Source of the DNA: Lophium mytilinum
Taxonomy: Eukaryota
Reading direction: 5' to 3'
DNA length: 64,000 bases
Assembly: GCA_010093605.1 (NCBI GenBank)
Contig: MU004198.1
Span: 436,726 to 500,725 of the forward strand
A program made the translations under genes and the position numbers. The notes below the pieces were generated by a model. The model was not told the DNA's origin and ran no database searches. It saw only the letters and a list, made by a program, of their open reading frames with translations. Positions 1-12,157 of the stretch are shown here, one piece after another; position 1 is the first letter of the stretch, and every line of letters starts with the position of its first letter.

Positions 1-514
1 CCTGTGGTATATAGACGACTCTTCGGGCTTGTAGTTTTACTAGTCTAGTTTAGGCTATCCAGCACGTACTTCTTATGCGCGCTGTAGGATTAGCATTGTG
101 AAAAGTCCACAGAATACGATGATGTGAGCGCTTGATGCGACGCGGCGCTTGACAAGCAGTGAAGGTGTGAGGTGTGAAGAGGTATCAAGATGACAAGGAG
201 TTGGCGATCACGTGGCAGTGAGGCTCTGCGGACGCCTTTCCCTTTTAGGCTACTGCCAGCTCAAGAAAAGAACAGTCTACAAAGGGGTTGAGGGGGCAAT
301 TCACCGCCAAAGTCCCTGAATCCCTCTGCCATCCCCTCTACGATTGATTGCTTCTGCGTGAGTACCCTTTTCATGTACCTCTTGTGTTTCTGATCCGCGC
401 AACATACCGCTCGTCCTCCACCATCCTCGCAACTAATCTCAACAACCCCAGCCCCGTCACTCGCTAAGGTCGCGTCGCAATCTGTGAGCGCACGCCCTGA
501 ACTTCGCGACACAT

Positions 515-2344
515 ATGTCAAGCGGTGTTGACGTCCGCCGACGTCCAGGAATCTGGTCTTACCTGAGCTTCTCCTCTAGCCCTCGCCGCCGCACCTCCTC
601 CGTCTCGCTACCGCGTAGCAACAACACCCAGGACCCCTTCGAGAAGGCCGACCGTCACTCTGGACACGGGCCGTCAGGATCAGGCTTCATGAACGATATC
701 AAGGCCGCGGGGATGAATCAGGGGCAGCGGACACGATACTTGAAGGCGGGTGGCATTCTCGCCTTCATCCTCCTTATTTTCTTCTATCTCGCGCCCAAAC
801 ATGGCAGTGGTATGTTTTTCAAACAGCCCCTGGCTTCTATCAACATGCTAACAACCCCAGACTCAGGTCCTTTCCCCGGCGGAGATACCGCATCAGATCC
901 CTCTCTGGCTACGTCGAAGTGCAAGAAGTCTTTTGACTCCCATAAGCCCCTCATCCAGTACGCCCTCATGATCGACGCTGGCAGCACCGGCTCTCGCATC
1001 CACGTATACCGTTTTAACAACTGCGGCTCTACCCCGGAGTTGGAAGATGAAATATTCGAAATGACCGCGAAGAAGGACGGCGGCTCCGGCTTAAGCTCAT
1101 ATGGCGAGAAGGCCGAAGAGGCGGCCGCTAGTCTGGACGTTCTCATGGACGTTGCTGTGAAGAATGTCCCCGATAAGATCAAGAAGTGCACCCCAGTTGC
1201 CGTCAAGGCGACTGCTGGCCTTCGCAAACTTGGCACTGAGAAAAGTGACAACATTCTGAAGGCTGTTCGACACCGATTGGAGACCAAGTACCCCTTCCCC
1301 GTTGTATCGGAAGAAAATGGAGGTGTGGAGGTCATGGATGGCAAAGATGAGGGTGTTTACGCTTGGATCACAGCCAACTACCTCCTAGGAAAGATCGGTG
1401 GCCCTGACAAGTCTCCAACCGCCGCTGTCCTCGATCTTGGTGGCGGATCCACTCAAATCGTTTTCGAGCCTACCTTCAAGGACAGCAAAACCGGCGGTAT
1501 GCCTGAGAAGCTGGCTGATGGTGACCACAAGTACGAACTGAGCTTCGGCGGTCGCAAGTTCGAGCTATACCAACACTCCTACCTAGGCTACGGTCTGATG
1601 GAAGCCCGCAACAACCTCCACAACGTCGTCATCAACGCCACCTACGAGGAGAACAAATCCACCGATGCCTCCAGCTGGCTTTCCAAGCCTGTCCTCAACC
1701 CCTGCATCGCTCCCGGTATGTCCAAGGAGGTCACTGTCAGCCTAGGCGCTGCCCACCCTCTCGGTGAGTCCGTCACAGTCAATATGACGGGACCCTCCGA
1801 CGGCTCGCCAGCTCAATGCCGCGCCCTCGCCGAGAAGACTCTTGAGAAAGACGCGGATTGCAAGCTTGCTCCCTGCGCTTTCCGAGGCGTCCATCAACCG
1901 TCGCTCGAGAAGACTTTCGCCCGCGAAGACGTCTTCCTCTTCTCCTACTTTTACGACCGCACGCAGCCGCTCGGCATGCCAGAGTCGTTCACGCTATCCG
2001 AGCTCAAGGACCTCACCCACCGCGTCTGCCACGGTGAGGAGGCTTGGGACGTCTTCCACAGCATAGAAGGCGCGTTGGACGAGTTGAGGGACCGACCCGA
2101 TCATTGTTTGGATCTGAACTTCATGCTTGCGCTTCTGCATACTGGGTATGAGATGCCGATTGAGCGTGAGGTCAAGATTGCGAAGAAGATTAAGGGGAAT
2201 GAGTTGGGATGGTGTCTTGGTGCTAGGTACGTTCTTCTTCCCTCTCCTTTACGTTCTATAGCATTTACTAACGCTTCCTTCAGCTTGCCATTACTTAATA
2301 AGGAGTCGGGATGGCAGTGCAGGATCAAGGACGTGACGCAGTAG
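515..2344 (+). CDS. GDA1: Golgi guanosine diphosphatase (GDA1/CD39 NTPDase)
   Basis: Apyrase conserved regions IDAGSTGSR, ATAGLR, GKDEGVYAWITANY, DLGGGSTQ, WCLGA; N-terminal TM anchor; in-frame introns 810-860 and 2227-2283 (GT..CTAAC..AG). Confidence 0.93.
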   Translation: MSSGVDVRRRPGIWSYLSFSSSPRRRTSSVSLPRSNNTQDPFEKADRHSGHGPSGSGFMNDIKAAGMNQGQRTRYLKAGGILAFILLIFFYLAPKHGSGMFFKQPLASINMLTTPDSGPFPGGDTASDPSLATSKCKKSFDSHKPLIQYALMIDAGSTGSRIHVYRFNNCGSTPELEDEIFEMTAKKDGGSGLSSYGEKAEEAAASLDVLMDVAVKNVPDKIKKCTPVAVKATAGLRKLGTEKSDNILKAVRHRLETKYPFPVVSEENGGVEVMDGKDEGVYAWITANYLLGKIGGPDKSPTAAVLDLGGGSTQIVFEPTFKDSKTGGMPEKLADGDHKYELSFGGRKFELYQHSYLGYGLMEARNNLHNVVINATYEENKSTDASSWLSKPVLNPCIAPGMSKEVTVSLGAAHPLGESVTVNMTGPSDGSPAQCRALAEKTLEKDADCKLAPCAFRGVHQPSLEKTFAREDVFLFSYFYDRTQPLGMPESFTLSELKDLTHRVCHGEEAWDVFHSIEGALDELRDRPDHCLDLNFMLALLHTGYEMPIEREVKIAKKIKGNELGWCLGARYVLLPSPLRSIAFTNASFSLPLLNKESGWQCRIKDVTQ

Positions 2345-2680
2345 ATATCTGAAATCAAACGGAGAGCGACGAGCGACGACGTATGCATTGGATCGGCGTT
2401 CCTGTTTTCTTTTCCTTCTTTTCTCCTCCCTTATAGAGCTTCTATTGGGCCCTACTTCGCATCATCTGTTTCCATCAAGAATATTCGTGTTTCATGCGTC
2501 ATGTGCATTACAGAGATGTATCATAGCATCGACCGCATTACTTTCTATCAACCCATCCATGAAATCTACCGCCTGTGTGCTCCCTCATAGCTCCCCGGGC
2601 CGCCCCGCCGCTACCACTAGAACATTTTGCACGTCTACCAACTATTGCCCATCTAGCACATTTACAATTCCCTTTCCCCT

Positions 2681-3789
2681 ATGTCCACCTCCCCAATACA
2701 CATCGTAGGCGCCGGCATCACCGGCCTAGTACTGTCCCGCTGCCTGTTGAAACGCGGCATCCCCTTCCACCTCTACGACCGCTCACCAACCCCGGCGCAC
2801 AACAACTACGCGATCACGTTACACGCATCTACATATTGCGCATTATGTAAAGAGCTAGACATCGAAGAGAGTTTGTTCCAGCAGCGCGTCGGCATCAGCA
2901 CAAGCTCAGAGGCAAAGGAGACAGCCAGAAACGAGGAGAACGAGTTGCGAGTCCACCGCGGCGCACTCGAAGCCCTACTCCACGAGCCCCTAAACATCCA
3001 AACCAACCACCAACTCTCCCACATCTCCCTCTCCCTCTCCACCCCCAACCCCACCTCCCCTTCTCCCCCTTCCAAAACTCTCCACTTCACAACCGCCCCC
3101 TCGCTCCAAACCCCCGCCCTCCTCATCGCAGCCGACGGCATGCACTCGGGTGGGCGCACCTCCCTCCTCCCCTCCCACCCCCCAACCATCCTCCCCTACG
3201 TCGCCTTCACCAGCCGCCGCCATCTCCCCGGCCCCATCTCCAACACCCTCTACGCCCCCGCCTTCACCACCTCCCCAACCCCCACCCTCCTCACCCACCA
3301 CATCGCCACCGCGCGCCTCACCATCTCCCTTACATCCCTTCCCGCCTCCGCCACAACCATCTCATGGACCTACTCGCGCCCCGCCCGGTCACCGCCGCGA
3401 CCACTATCCCGGCAGAGTTCTTCGTCGAGCTGGACGCGCTGCACGACGCGCTGCCGCAGCCGTTTCGGGATGTTTTTGCCAGCGGCAAGATCCGTGGGGA
3501 GCGGGTTTTGCATTGGCTGATGCGCGAGGTGCTTGTTCCGTTGGCGGAGTTGCGGGAGCTGGTGTTGGTTGGGGATGCGGCGTGTGCGGTGCCGATTCTA
3601 GGGGGGGAGGGGGCGAATCGGGGGGTTGAGGATGCGATAGCGTTGGCGGAGTGGATTGCGGGAAGCGGACGGGAGAGGGTGGGGGAGTGGTATGGGGAGC
3701 GGTACGGAGGGTGGGAAGGGGGGTTTGGGTTGAGTAGAGAGAGGATTGGACAGATGCATGGGGAAGCGGAGGGGACGGCGGTGTTGTAG
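2681..3789 (+). pseudogene. FAD-dependent monooxygenase, frameshifted near 3385-3395
   Basis: IVGAGITGL and AADG motifs in ORF 2681-3520; LVGDAA..PILGGEGANRGVEDA motif in a different frame (ORF 3364-3789); no frame-restoring intron found. Confidence 0.75.
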
Positions 3790-4071
3790 TGCGGTCCATT
3801 GTTGAGACGAGCTGTGAAAGCCGTGACTGATTTCTTCTTCCATGCCCAGCAACCAGGCTGGAGTCATGAATGAAAAAAATTGATTGCAATATGCAAATAT
3901 GTACCCTCCATCGCTCAATGCTCAACCCGACAGGCAAGAAGAGCAGCTGGACGACAAAGGCACCACGACCGAAATCGTGATGTGGTTTCACTCTCGCTTC
4001 ACTGTGTACACTTGCTCGTCCTGGGAGTGGAGACGGCATGCTCTAGCAAAATAGGAAGCGGATAAGATTTC

Positions 4072-4390
4072 CCCCAGAAGCCCACGAGACATCACCGAAG
4101 TGAGTCCAGAATATCCCCCAGAAACCCGCGAGACAGCACCGAAGTGCGTCGACAGAGATCCCCCAGAACCCATGAGTCAGACTGCCGATGATGCGAAGGT
4201 GGACCTTTGCCAGAGCCGGAGCTCCGTGATGTTGGCAGCTGAGAGTCGAGCACCGGAGTGCATCAACATACATTCCCCCAGAAACCCGCGAAAGAAACCC
4301 CCAGAGCCCGAAATCAGAATGTCGATGATACGAAGGTAGACCTCCGCCGAGTAAGACCCGTGGTGTTGACAACTGAGAGCCAACAGCAAG
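4072..4390 (+). repeat. Diverged direct repeats in a decayed coding-like segment
   Basis: CCCCAGAA[AG]CCC[AG]CGA units at ~4072, 4117, 4277; ~75-nt block 4172-4250 recurs diverged at ~4311-4385. Confidence 0.65.
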
Positions 4391-4718
4391 GCCGCAGCTT
4401 CGGTCGCGAAGAGAATTGATGATGACTTGGAGAAGCCTCTCCAGTTGCAACCACGAATGGTAGCAACTTTGGGCTGAGCCTCCAGAAACTAGCAAAACCT
4501 CTCGCTGTTCGATGCTACAGGAATGGGACGTCTGCAGGCTTTGCGAGGTGAGACCTCAGTGACGTCTCAAACCAGAGAACGTTGACGAGGCAGGACCTCA
4601 GTGAAGCCTCTGAACAGAGAACTTGAATGACCGAGTGACATGCACAAGGTTGCTTGGAGCATTCGCTCGTAGTTTGTCCAAGTGCCGTGGCACGGGATTG
4701 GGCTCATGGCCTGAAATT

Positions 4719-4943
4719 TGAGCGTGATAGCTCGTGACTTGAGCGCGATGGCTCGTGACTTGAGCGTGATAGCTCGATGACTTGAGCGTGAGAGCTCGAT
4801 GACTTGAGCGTGAAGGCTCGTGACTTGAGCGTAATAGCTCGATGATTGAGTGCCTGCAGGACTCGATGCCTTTGAACTTGGGCGTGCTGCCGCTGAACGT
4901 GGGCGTGATAGCCGCTGAACTTGGGCGTGCTGCCTCTGAACTT
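4719..4943 (-). repeat. 21/22-nt tandem minisatellites encoding heptads (HAQVTSY, HAQVQRQ)
   Basis: TGAGCGTGATAGCTCG(A)TGACT about 6 copies (4719-4850); TGAACTTGGGCGTGCTGCCGC about 3 copies (4873-4943). Confidence 0.85.
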
Positions 4944-5786
4944 AGGCGAATTTGCCCTCTGATCTTGAGGGCGTGACCTCGAAGGACGTGAGGATTTTTG
5001 AGCGCGGGGGCTCGATTGAAACATTTTGAGCAGCGCCGGGTACATCGGAGGCCGTTTCGACCGTCGCCATGGACATTGCTGCCTGGCATCGACTGGAAGC
5101 ACCGGACACTCCGGAAAACCTGTCGCTATGCTCGAATCTCTGCGGACGCGGGGGTCCTAACTCTGTACTCTGTCGACCAGCTACCATCTTCGGCCATACT
5201 GCGTGTGTCGCCGGCGGTGAGAACCAATGGTTTCATGCCTGTCGCGAACGGCTAGCGCAATGGCACTGTTTTGAAGAATGGTTCGTTGAGCTTGGTGACG
5301 TTTGAGTGACAATTGTGACAATTTGCTCATGTCTGCACCAGATGGTCTGTCTTCGGCCAACTGCGTTCGTGATCGCCGGCTGTTCTGGCCTGGTAGCGAA
5401 GTGAATCTGCGGTAATGCCTTGTGAAGCTTTCCACTTTGCCTGGGAGAACCTGAGTGACTTAGGTATTCTGTACTCTGCCTCAGCTTGAGACTGTTCGCA
5501 CGTCTGTGCGTTCGCCGGTGGCGGTGATGAAAGTGGTGGCCCTTTCATCCGCAATGTTCGAGGAATCTGCTTTGAGCGTAGAGGTCTTTTGAGTGAAATC
5601 TTTTCCACGCCTTGCTTACGATGTAGCTCTGGATCGACTCTCATCTTCCGAGTTCCCTCATGGGCCAAAGAAAGATCGCGTGGTGTAGGTACATCCGTGT
5701 CGACAGTGGCCCGGGTCTCGTCTGGAGTCGTCCGAGGATCTTTCGCAGGTGGGATACTTCGACTAGAATCGGGCGTCCGTTCAGCC

Positions 5787-6201
5787 AGGTGGGTGCCTCT
5801 GCGTAAAACATGCCAGGGACCCGGAGGTCTGTTGCAAGTCCGAAGACTGCTTTCTGTTGGCTTCTTCCTCCAGGTTCGGGCCACTAGTGACCCTCCCCCA
5901 GTGTCGGGCGTGACCGCCTACTGCAGAGGTCCACGGACTGACGTCGCTCGCGAAACAGTGATAAAAACTCAGCTTGCACTGGCAGTCTGCAGCGAGATAT
6001 TAAGAGGAAGTGCTGGGGTACGAACCGACGCCCCATAGGTGCCTCGAGTAAAACATGCCAAGGACTCGAAGGCCTGTTGCAAGTCCGGAGACTGCTGTCT
6101 GTTGGCTTCTTCCTCCAGGCTCGAGCGTCAAACCGTATCTCAGGATTTAACATCGAGGCTCGGCCTGGTGTCGGGCGATACCGCCTACTCAAAGGTCCAC
6201 G
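5787..6201. repeat. Diverged ~150-nt direct repeat pair
   Basis: 5787-5933 vs 6035-6201 share GTAAAACATGCCA, TGTTGCAAGTCCG, CTGTTGGCTTCTTCCTCCAGG, GTGTCGGGCG, ACCGCCTAC. Confidence 0.85.
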
Positions 6202-6711
6202 AAGCGAGGAGACGTCCCGGCAACCATAATATGCGACCACTCCATTTGGAGCAATCTGGAAGATTTAACATCGTAGTATGTCGTGACCAGTTCACGTGAA
6301 CCGATCCGGTATTGCCTGCAAAGAAGGGTGCCCATGCCATTAGGCACAAACTCCGATCCCCGAGAATGGGAGGACGCGTCGGAGGAAGGCGATGAACAAG
6401 AGGCCATGATGGCACGAGGTAGGGAGCCGACGGGGGAGACAGTCGACGAAGGGAACAAGACACTCCACGAACGGAGGCCGATGATGTGGCGACGTGGTGG
6501 TCGAGCGAGGTCGACGGAAAGTTTGGTGTAGGAGGGAGAGAGGAGAGGCTGGCAAGCGGACTCATTTTCTGCAGGTGCCGCTCGGGCCTTCTGAGCTACC
6601 TAGCTACATCCGGCTCAGGGCCTTGGCAATATCAAGCTCAAAGCATCATCATCGCAAACCGCCGCATGTCCAGCAGCAACCACAATACTCCCTGCCCCAA
6701 GGCTCTCCGCG

Positions 6712-7521
6712 ATGGTATTTCTCCCTCTCAAAACTAACTCTCAGAAGAAACACTGACAATCCCCTTAGCCGCCCAAACGGAAAGCCGCCTTCGCTCCACC
6801 TCCAAACCCCACTCCGCAACCAGCCCGCCCCTCCAAACTCGCGCGCGAGCACGGCATCACCGCAGCACAAGAAGCCGAGATCCGCGAAGCCTTCTCAATC
6901 TTCGCCATCCACCACCCCGACTACAAAGATGCGAAAGAGGGCGTATTACGCGCCGAAGACGTGCGCCGATGTCTAATGTACGCCCTCCCCTCCCCCATCC
7001 ACCTCTCTACCTCCCTCCCACTCCCCTCAACCGAATCCCGAACCCGCTAACACCCCACCCCCCCTCACAGCGCCCTCTCCCTCCCCCCCTCCAAAAACTC
7101 CGTCAAAGAAATCCTCTCAACCCTCGACCCCCTCTCCACCGGGCTAGTCCCCTTCATCCCCTTCCTCTCCTACGCCGCCATCTGCATCCACGACCGCGAG
7201 CCCGGCTCCGCCTCCCCCTCCGCGTCTCCCGAATCCACTTCCCGGAAAGCGAAGGGGAAGCAGAAAGCAACCACCGCGCCCTCTACGACCTCCCAACGCG
7301 ATGTTAACGAAGCGTATGCGTTGTTCACGCGTGGCAACCCAGGCCCTATCACGCTGGCGCATCTGCGGCGGGTGGCGAAGGAGCTGCGGGAGGAGGTGGA
7401 TGATGAGGTGCTGCGGGATATGATACGCGAGGCGAATGGGAATGTGGCGGCAGGGGCGCTGGGGGGCGTGGGGGTGGAGGAGTTTGAGGGGGTGATGAGG
7501 AGGGCGGGGGTGTTTGGGTGA
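6712..7521 (+). CDS. Centrin/calmodulin-like EF-hand protein
   Basis: Exons 6712-6714, 6769-6977, 7071-7521 give MPPKRK...EAEIREAFSIF...EAYALFT..GPITLAHLRRVAKELREEVDDEVLRDMIREAN..GVGVEEFEGVMRRAGVF. Confidence 0.85.
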
Positions 7522-8280
7522 GAGAGTGGCTAGGTTGAGGGGTGGGGTTTTTTACATCGGGGGAGTTTGAGGTGGGATGGGTCGGGGGGGTTGCAAAGGG
7601 TTTAGCATGGTGTCAGGCGTTTGATTTGGGGGTTATGATGTATGGGTAGTGAGATATGAGTTGAACGGAGCTATGCGAATGGTGTGAGGCTGGTTTGAGG
7701 GGTGCGGTTCTTTACATCCTACTTCTGCAGCCCCTCTATAACCCAGGGGTGTCTCAGAGTATTTACCACAGTGCCAAAAACTAAACATCAGCTTCTTAGT
7801 TTATGGAGGGTGGTGTTTGCATGCATTTCAGTTACGTCAAAAACGATCGTCTAATACACAACTCCGAGCTTTTGACATGGTGTATTTCTTTCCCTTCTAA
7901 AGTCGTGGGGCGCTAGAAGGCTGCTATTACAGTGGCAGGAGCATCGAATCTACCGCACGATTTAGAAAGGATGGAAAATCAATTGACTTTGAACCTGTTA
8001 GATTCGAGGGCATGATTCGCGGCTTGGAGATCTTGACATGCTATGTTCATTCACTGAAGATAACCCGAGGGGGCCACACAGCCTCCAGCAACACCCCAGA
8101 AGTCTACTCCCACCCTCCCAATCCAAGACGTCACCAAAAAACACAATCTTCAAACGATATAAAGTCCATAGACTCCAAACTACATCATACCCATCATCAT
8201 CTTATCTACCTACAACACCACTCCAGACCCCTTCAACCCACTCCCACAACCCTCAAAACCGCACAAACCCCCTCCCGAAC

Positions 8281-9185
8281 TCAAGCCTCATCCACCTGCA
8301 CCGCCGGCACACCCCCCAACCCAGCCCCCTTCCCGGCCCCCGCTGCACCCGCCGTCGCCTCTCTGAAGCCCTCATGCGCGCTGTGCGCCTTGTAGTACAC
8401 CGCATCCGGGCTCTTTGGCATCAGCGCCTCAGTGATATTGGCGTCCACCACCTCGCGGATCTTCGCGATGCCCGCGGCGTGCTCGGCGTCGCGGTTCCAG
8501 ATGCAGATCTGGAGGTGCGTCCACTTGACCGTGAGGGAGATGCCGCAGATGTCATCCAGAAACGCTGCATTGTTCCGTTAGCTACCGCTTTCAAGATAAC
8601 CTCAACAGGGCGACGGGGGTGCGCAGCGCGACAACGGAAAAGGGGTGATCTAGGGACAAGGGGGAAACACATACTCTTCCGATCCGTAGCCACAGCATTC
8701 TGCAGCTGCTCCCCCACAGCCAACAGACACAACTCCTTCCAAAACTCCGCCCCATGCGTCTTCTGCACCTTGAACGTCCAGCTGCCGCCGCGCAAGTTAC
8801 GCGGATCCTCCCACAGCGGCTTGACGCCCTTGTGGAAGAGGTGGATGCTGTCCTTCTTCTCCAGCGCCGCGATGTCGAAGTTGTTGAGCACGCTCCAGAA
8901 CTCCTTGATGTCGTTCATCTGCGCCAGCTGCACGAGGCGCGCTTCATAAGACGGGGTGGTGGTAGACGGGGTGGCGGCAGACGTGGCGTCGGTACTGCTG
9001 GGCTTGCGGTCCTGGCGGTCGTGGTAGAAGACCCATGTGTGCACGAGCGGGGGCGGGCGCAGCACTTTCTGCAGGTTGAGGCGGGTTTCTTTGCCGCGCG
9101 CTGGGGAGGAGGTGGCGGCGGCGTCGGTTTCGGAGAGGGTGGGGAGGGAGGAGGTGGTGAGGGAGAGGCCGCGGTGTTGGGACAT
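8281..9185 (-). CDS. Translation initiation factor eIF4E family, non-canonical paralog
   Basis: PPLVHTWVFYHD, IKEFWSV, HLFHKGVKPLWEDPRN..GGSW, FWKELCLLAVGE; intron 8565-8674; exon 2 DDICGISL..ICIWNRD..YYKAH. Confidence 0.88.
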
Positions 9186-11329
9186 TTTCCGGGCGAGCTT
9201 GGTGAAGTAGGCAACTTGGGTGTTGTAGAGGTTGATGAGGGCTTGGGCGTCCTGGCTCAAGATGATCTGGGACTGGTACAGCATGATGGTGAGCTTTGCG
9301 TGGGGGTATTGTGGAGAAAGTTGGGAAGATGATTGTAAAATTTGTGAAGGTTGCGCGTGAAGCGAGAGAAAGAGATCTGTGAAGATGGACGAAGGAAATG
9401 ATGGAAGAGAGAAAGAGAAGGGAAGCAGAACGCAGAATATATACTCTGGGATACCGGGTAGCGATGGTTCAATTGAAGTTATTGAGAACAATAGCATGAT
9501 CGTGACAATAGGAGGCGCTCGGGCCAGCGAGGTGAATCTTGGCCTGGTGACGCAGACGTTGAGCACTCGGTGGCCGGGAGCCGCAACCACGTCGTGGATC
9601 AAGGTGCGTGTTCTATGCGTATGATCCCAGAATGCGACGTGGTTTTCGAGTTTCCGGAACTAAGCTGAGCATGCGGTTTGGCGATGGGGATGCGAGCGGG
9701 AGTAAAACGGGGGGTGAAGTTCGGCTTTGTATCTGCCTCCCGAGGATTCTTGAAGTCAGAACCTGTTGTTTGTGCTGGACGTGGGAACCACTGAATCATA
9801 GGTGCCGTCATGATGCGCAAGCTTCATACGCGGGGCAATAGTGACAATGTCCAAGTCAAAGGCAGCCTTTTTTGGCGATCCCACGTCCGTCCTGGAGCTG
9901 TGGTACTTCGAGGTGCTTTGCGGTGGAGATTCAGATAAACATCAATTACACATGCCAGGCCGGCGATATGAAAGCAGGCAGATATGCGGTGGCGGAACGT
10001 AGGTTAACGATAAAAGCGCAGCGCCAGATCCCAATGTAGATTCGTCTTCCCGGTCGCAGAACATCTAATGTGCTCGGTATGCATCTCGAAGATAGTAGAG
10101 GCCGAGATTCATCGCACAGATCCAACCACTGCTCCAAAATGCTGGATTTCAGCTATGGGAGCGCGATCAGGGGTGCAGTCCTGGAAGATGCCGTAAGACA
10201 AGCACACGGAACTTATTTTGCATGTCTTCCAAAGTCGAGCGGCAATCTGCCAAGCAGCCTAAAGGGGACGCGAGTTTCGATAGATACGTCTCGATCCGAA
10301 GAGCGGCGTACGGTTGCCTAATCCCATTTGAAAGGAGCCAAATTTCCGCGAAAGCAGGCATATTCGTCCACGTCCGCGTAGTAGAGCCTATGTGCAGTGC
10401 TGTGTCATGCAGCAGAGCCCACATCCCAGATAGTTGAAGCTTTGGCTTGGTGGTCTCCGGTCCTCGAGGATGGAAGCCGAGTTCGACGTATTCAAAACCT
10501 TCCAAATCCAACTCTTGAAAACCAGAAGACTCATCGCGCCTATCAAGCCACAGAGAACAGAAAAGAGAGTAAATGTGACATATGACAGAAGAAAGAAGTA
10601 CTGTCCAAAGTAAAATCACAGCGCTTACCCAAGGCTCTCCTTTTCAGCTCGTTCTTAGAACCTTTTCCAAATCCCCTCAATCGAATAATGAAGCAGGATA
10701 CAAGTAGAGTAGTCACCACTAAAGCAGCACAAAGAATAAAGAGCGTCGAAGAGAATGTCGAGGTGCGGCTCTGTTCAGTGCATGAGACGGGAGCGAGGTG
10801 ATGTCCGGTCCTTTATGCCACCATTCGCCGCCCGGGCTTAGCGCCCGTTTCCGTTTCATCATGTAGCTGAGGGCGGGGCGTGTTTCATGCTTGCCGTCAT
10901 CTATCTTGAGCTGCATGCCTTTCTGCTTTCTAATTATTCTTAACTTTCCTATAGACCTGAGGAAGCTGAAACAGAGTAACGGGCAGTGCCTGGATACATA
11001 ACTCTGAAATGTTTGAAGACTTTAATAGAGATACAACTGTACCACGGTCCACCTCACCACCCAGCCCCATTAAACCGTCACCCACCCGCCCCACAAATCG
11101 CAGCACCCCAGCCGATCCCGCCGCTATCGATTAAACCCAATCGACCCATCTCATCACCAGAATTCTTTTCTCCCATCGCCATTGAAACACCACCACTGCA
11201 CCTCCACCCCATACCTTCCAGACCACCCCTACCACACCACACCATTCGTTCGCACCACCTCCCGCTACCAAGCCCGCCGAACAACCCCAGAAAACCCTGC
11301 AGTCCTCACGACATCAAGCCCAACCCACC

Positions 11330-12157
11330 ATGGTGGATACGATGCAGTCCTCGAACCCAAACCCTCTCAAACGCCCGCACTCCCCACACCACCCCCCGCA
11401 CTCCCGCCGCCTGCGCACCAGACTCTCCCCCGCCACCAGCAGCGCCGCGAGCGCAGCCTCGGTGTCGCAGGACTCGGCGGTCTTCTCAACGGACCGCGCC
11501 TCGAGCACCGAGCAAACCGCAGACTCAGAACCCGCCAGCGCAAACTCAGACAACTCAATCTCAAGCCCAAGCTCCAGCTCCAGCTCCAGCTCCGAGGAAA
11601 GCGAAATCTCGGACAGCAGTAGTGGGGACGACAGCAGCGACGCGGATGCGGAAAGCGAGGGGGAGGAGGAGGAGGAGGAGGAGGAGGAGGTGATAGGCGA
11701 TGAGGAGGGTGAGTTCGAAGATATAGAGAACGCGGACGGGGTCGTGGAGATTGGGCGGAGGAAGCGGAAGCCGCTGATCAAGGCGACGAGTGCGCGGAAG
11801 ACGGGGGATTTGAGGGCGAGGTTGAAGATGTTTTTGCCGATGCTGGCGGCGGCGAATGAGGAGTTGGAGGTGGAGAGGCGGGAGGGGAGGTTGGGGGGGA
11901 GGATGTTGGATCTTGGTGAGGGAGGGGTGGGAGAGGGGGAGTATATTGAGATGGTGAGTGAGGAGCGTTTTGGGAAGATGGGGTGGAGCTAATTTGTGTT
12001 GTAGGATCTTGGACTCGGCGTGCTTGAGGAGCGGGATCCGGATGCGGAGGAGGAGAGCGGGAGTGATGAGGAAGATGGGATGGATATACTGGGCAAGCTG
12101 ATGGGGCAGGAAAGGGCGAAAGAGGGGGGCGGGATACAGGTTGTTGATGAGGCGTAG
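11330..12157 (+). CDS. DUF4598 / NOP-chaperone-like acidic protein
   Basis: LRARLKMFLPMLAAANEEL...YIEM|DLGLGVLEE across intron 11954-12004; Ser/Glu-rich N-half. Confidence 0.8.
11664..11689 (+). repeat. (GAG)n microsatellite encoding poly-Glu
   Basis: Uninterrupted GAG run inside the DUF4598 CDS. Confidence 0.85.

Noticed and set aside
4719..4943. Short repeats resembling a CRISPR array
   Set aside because: Units are contiguous with no unique spacers, there are no cas genes, and the context is eukaryotic; this is a minisatellite.
8038..8949. 303-aa plus-strand ORF and similar long antisense or alternate-frame ORFs (3404-4039, 10986-11693, 11561-12202, 13883-14542)
   Set aside because: Shadows of real GC-rich genes; low-complexity translations with no motifs.
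9946..10916. Several 60-150 aa ORFs between eIF4E and DUF4598
   Set aside because: Mostly non-ATG starts and no recognisable motif or splice structure.
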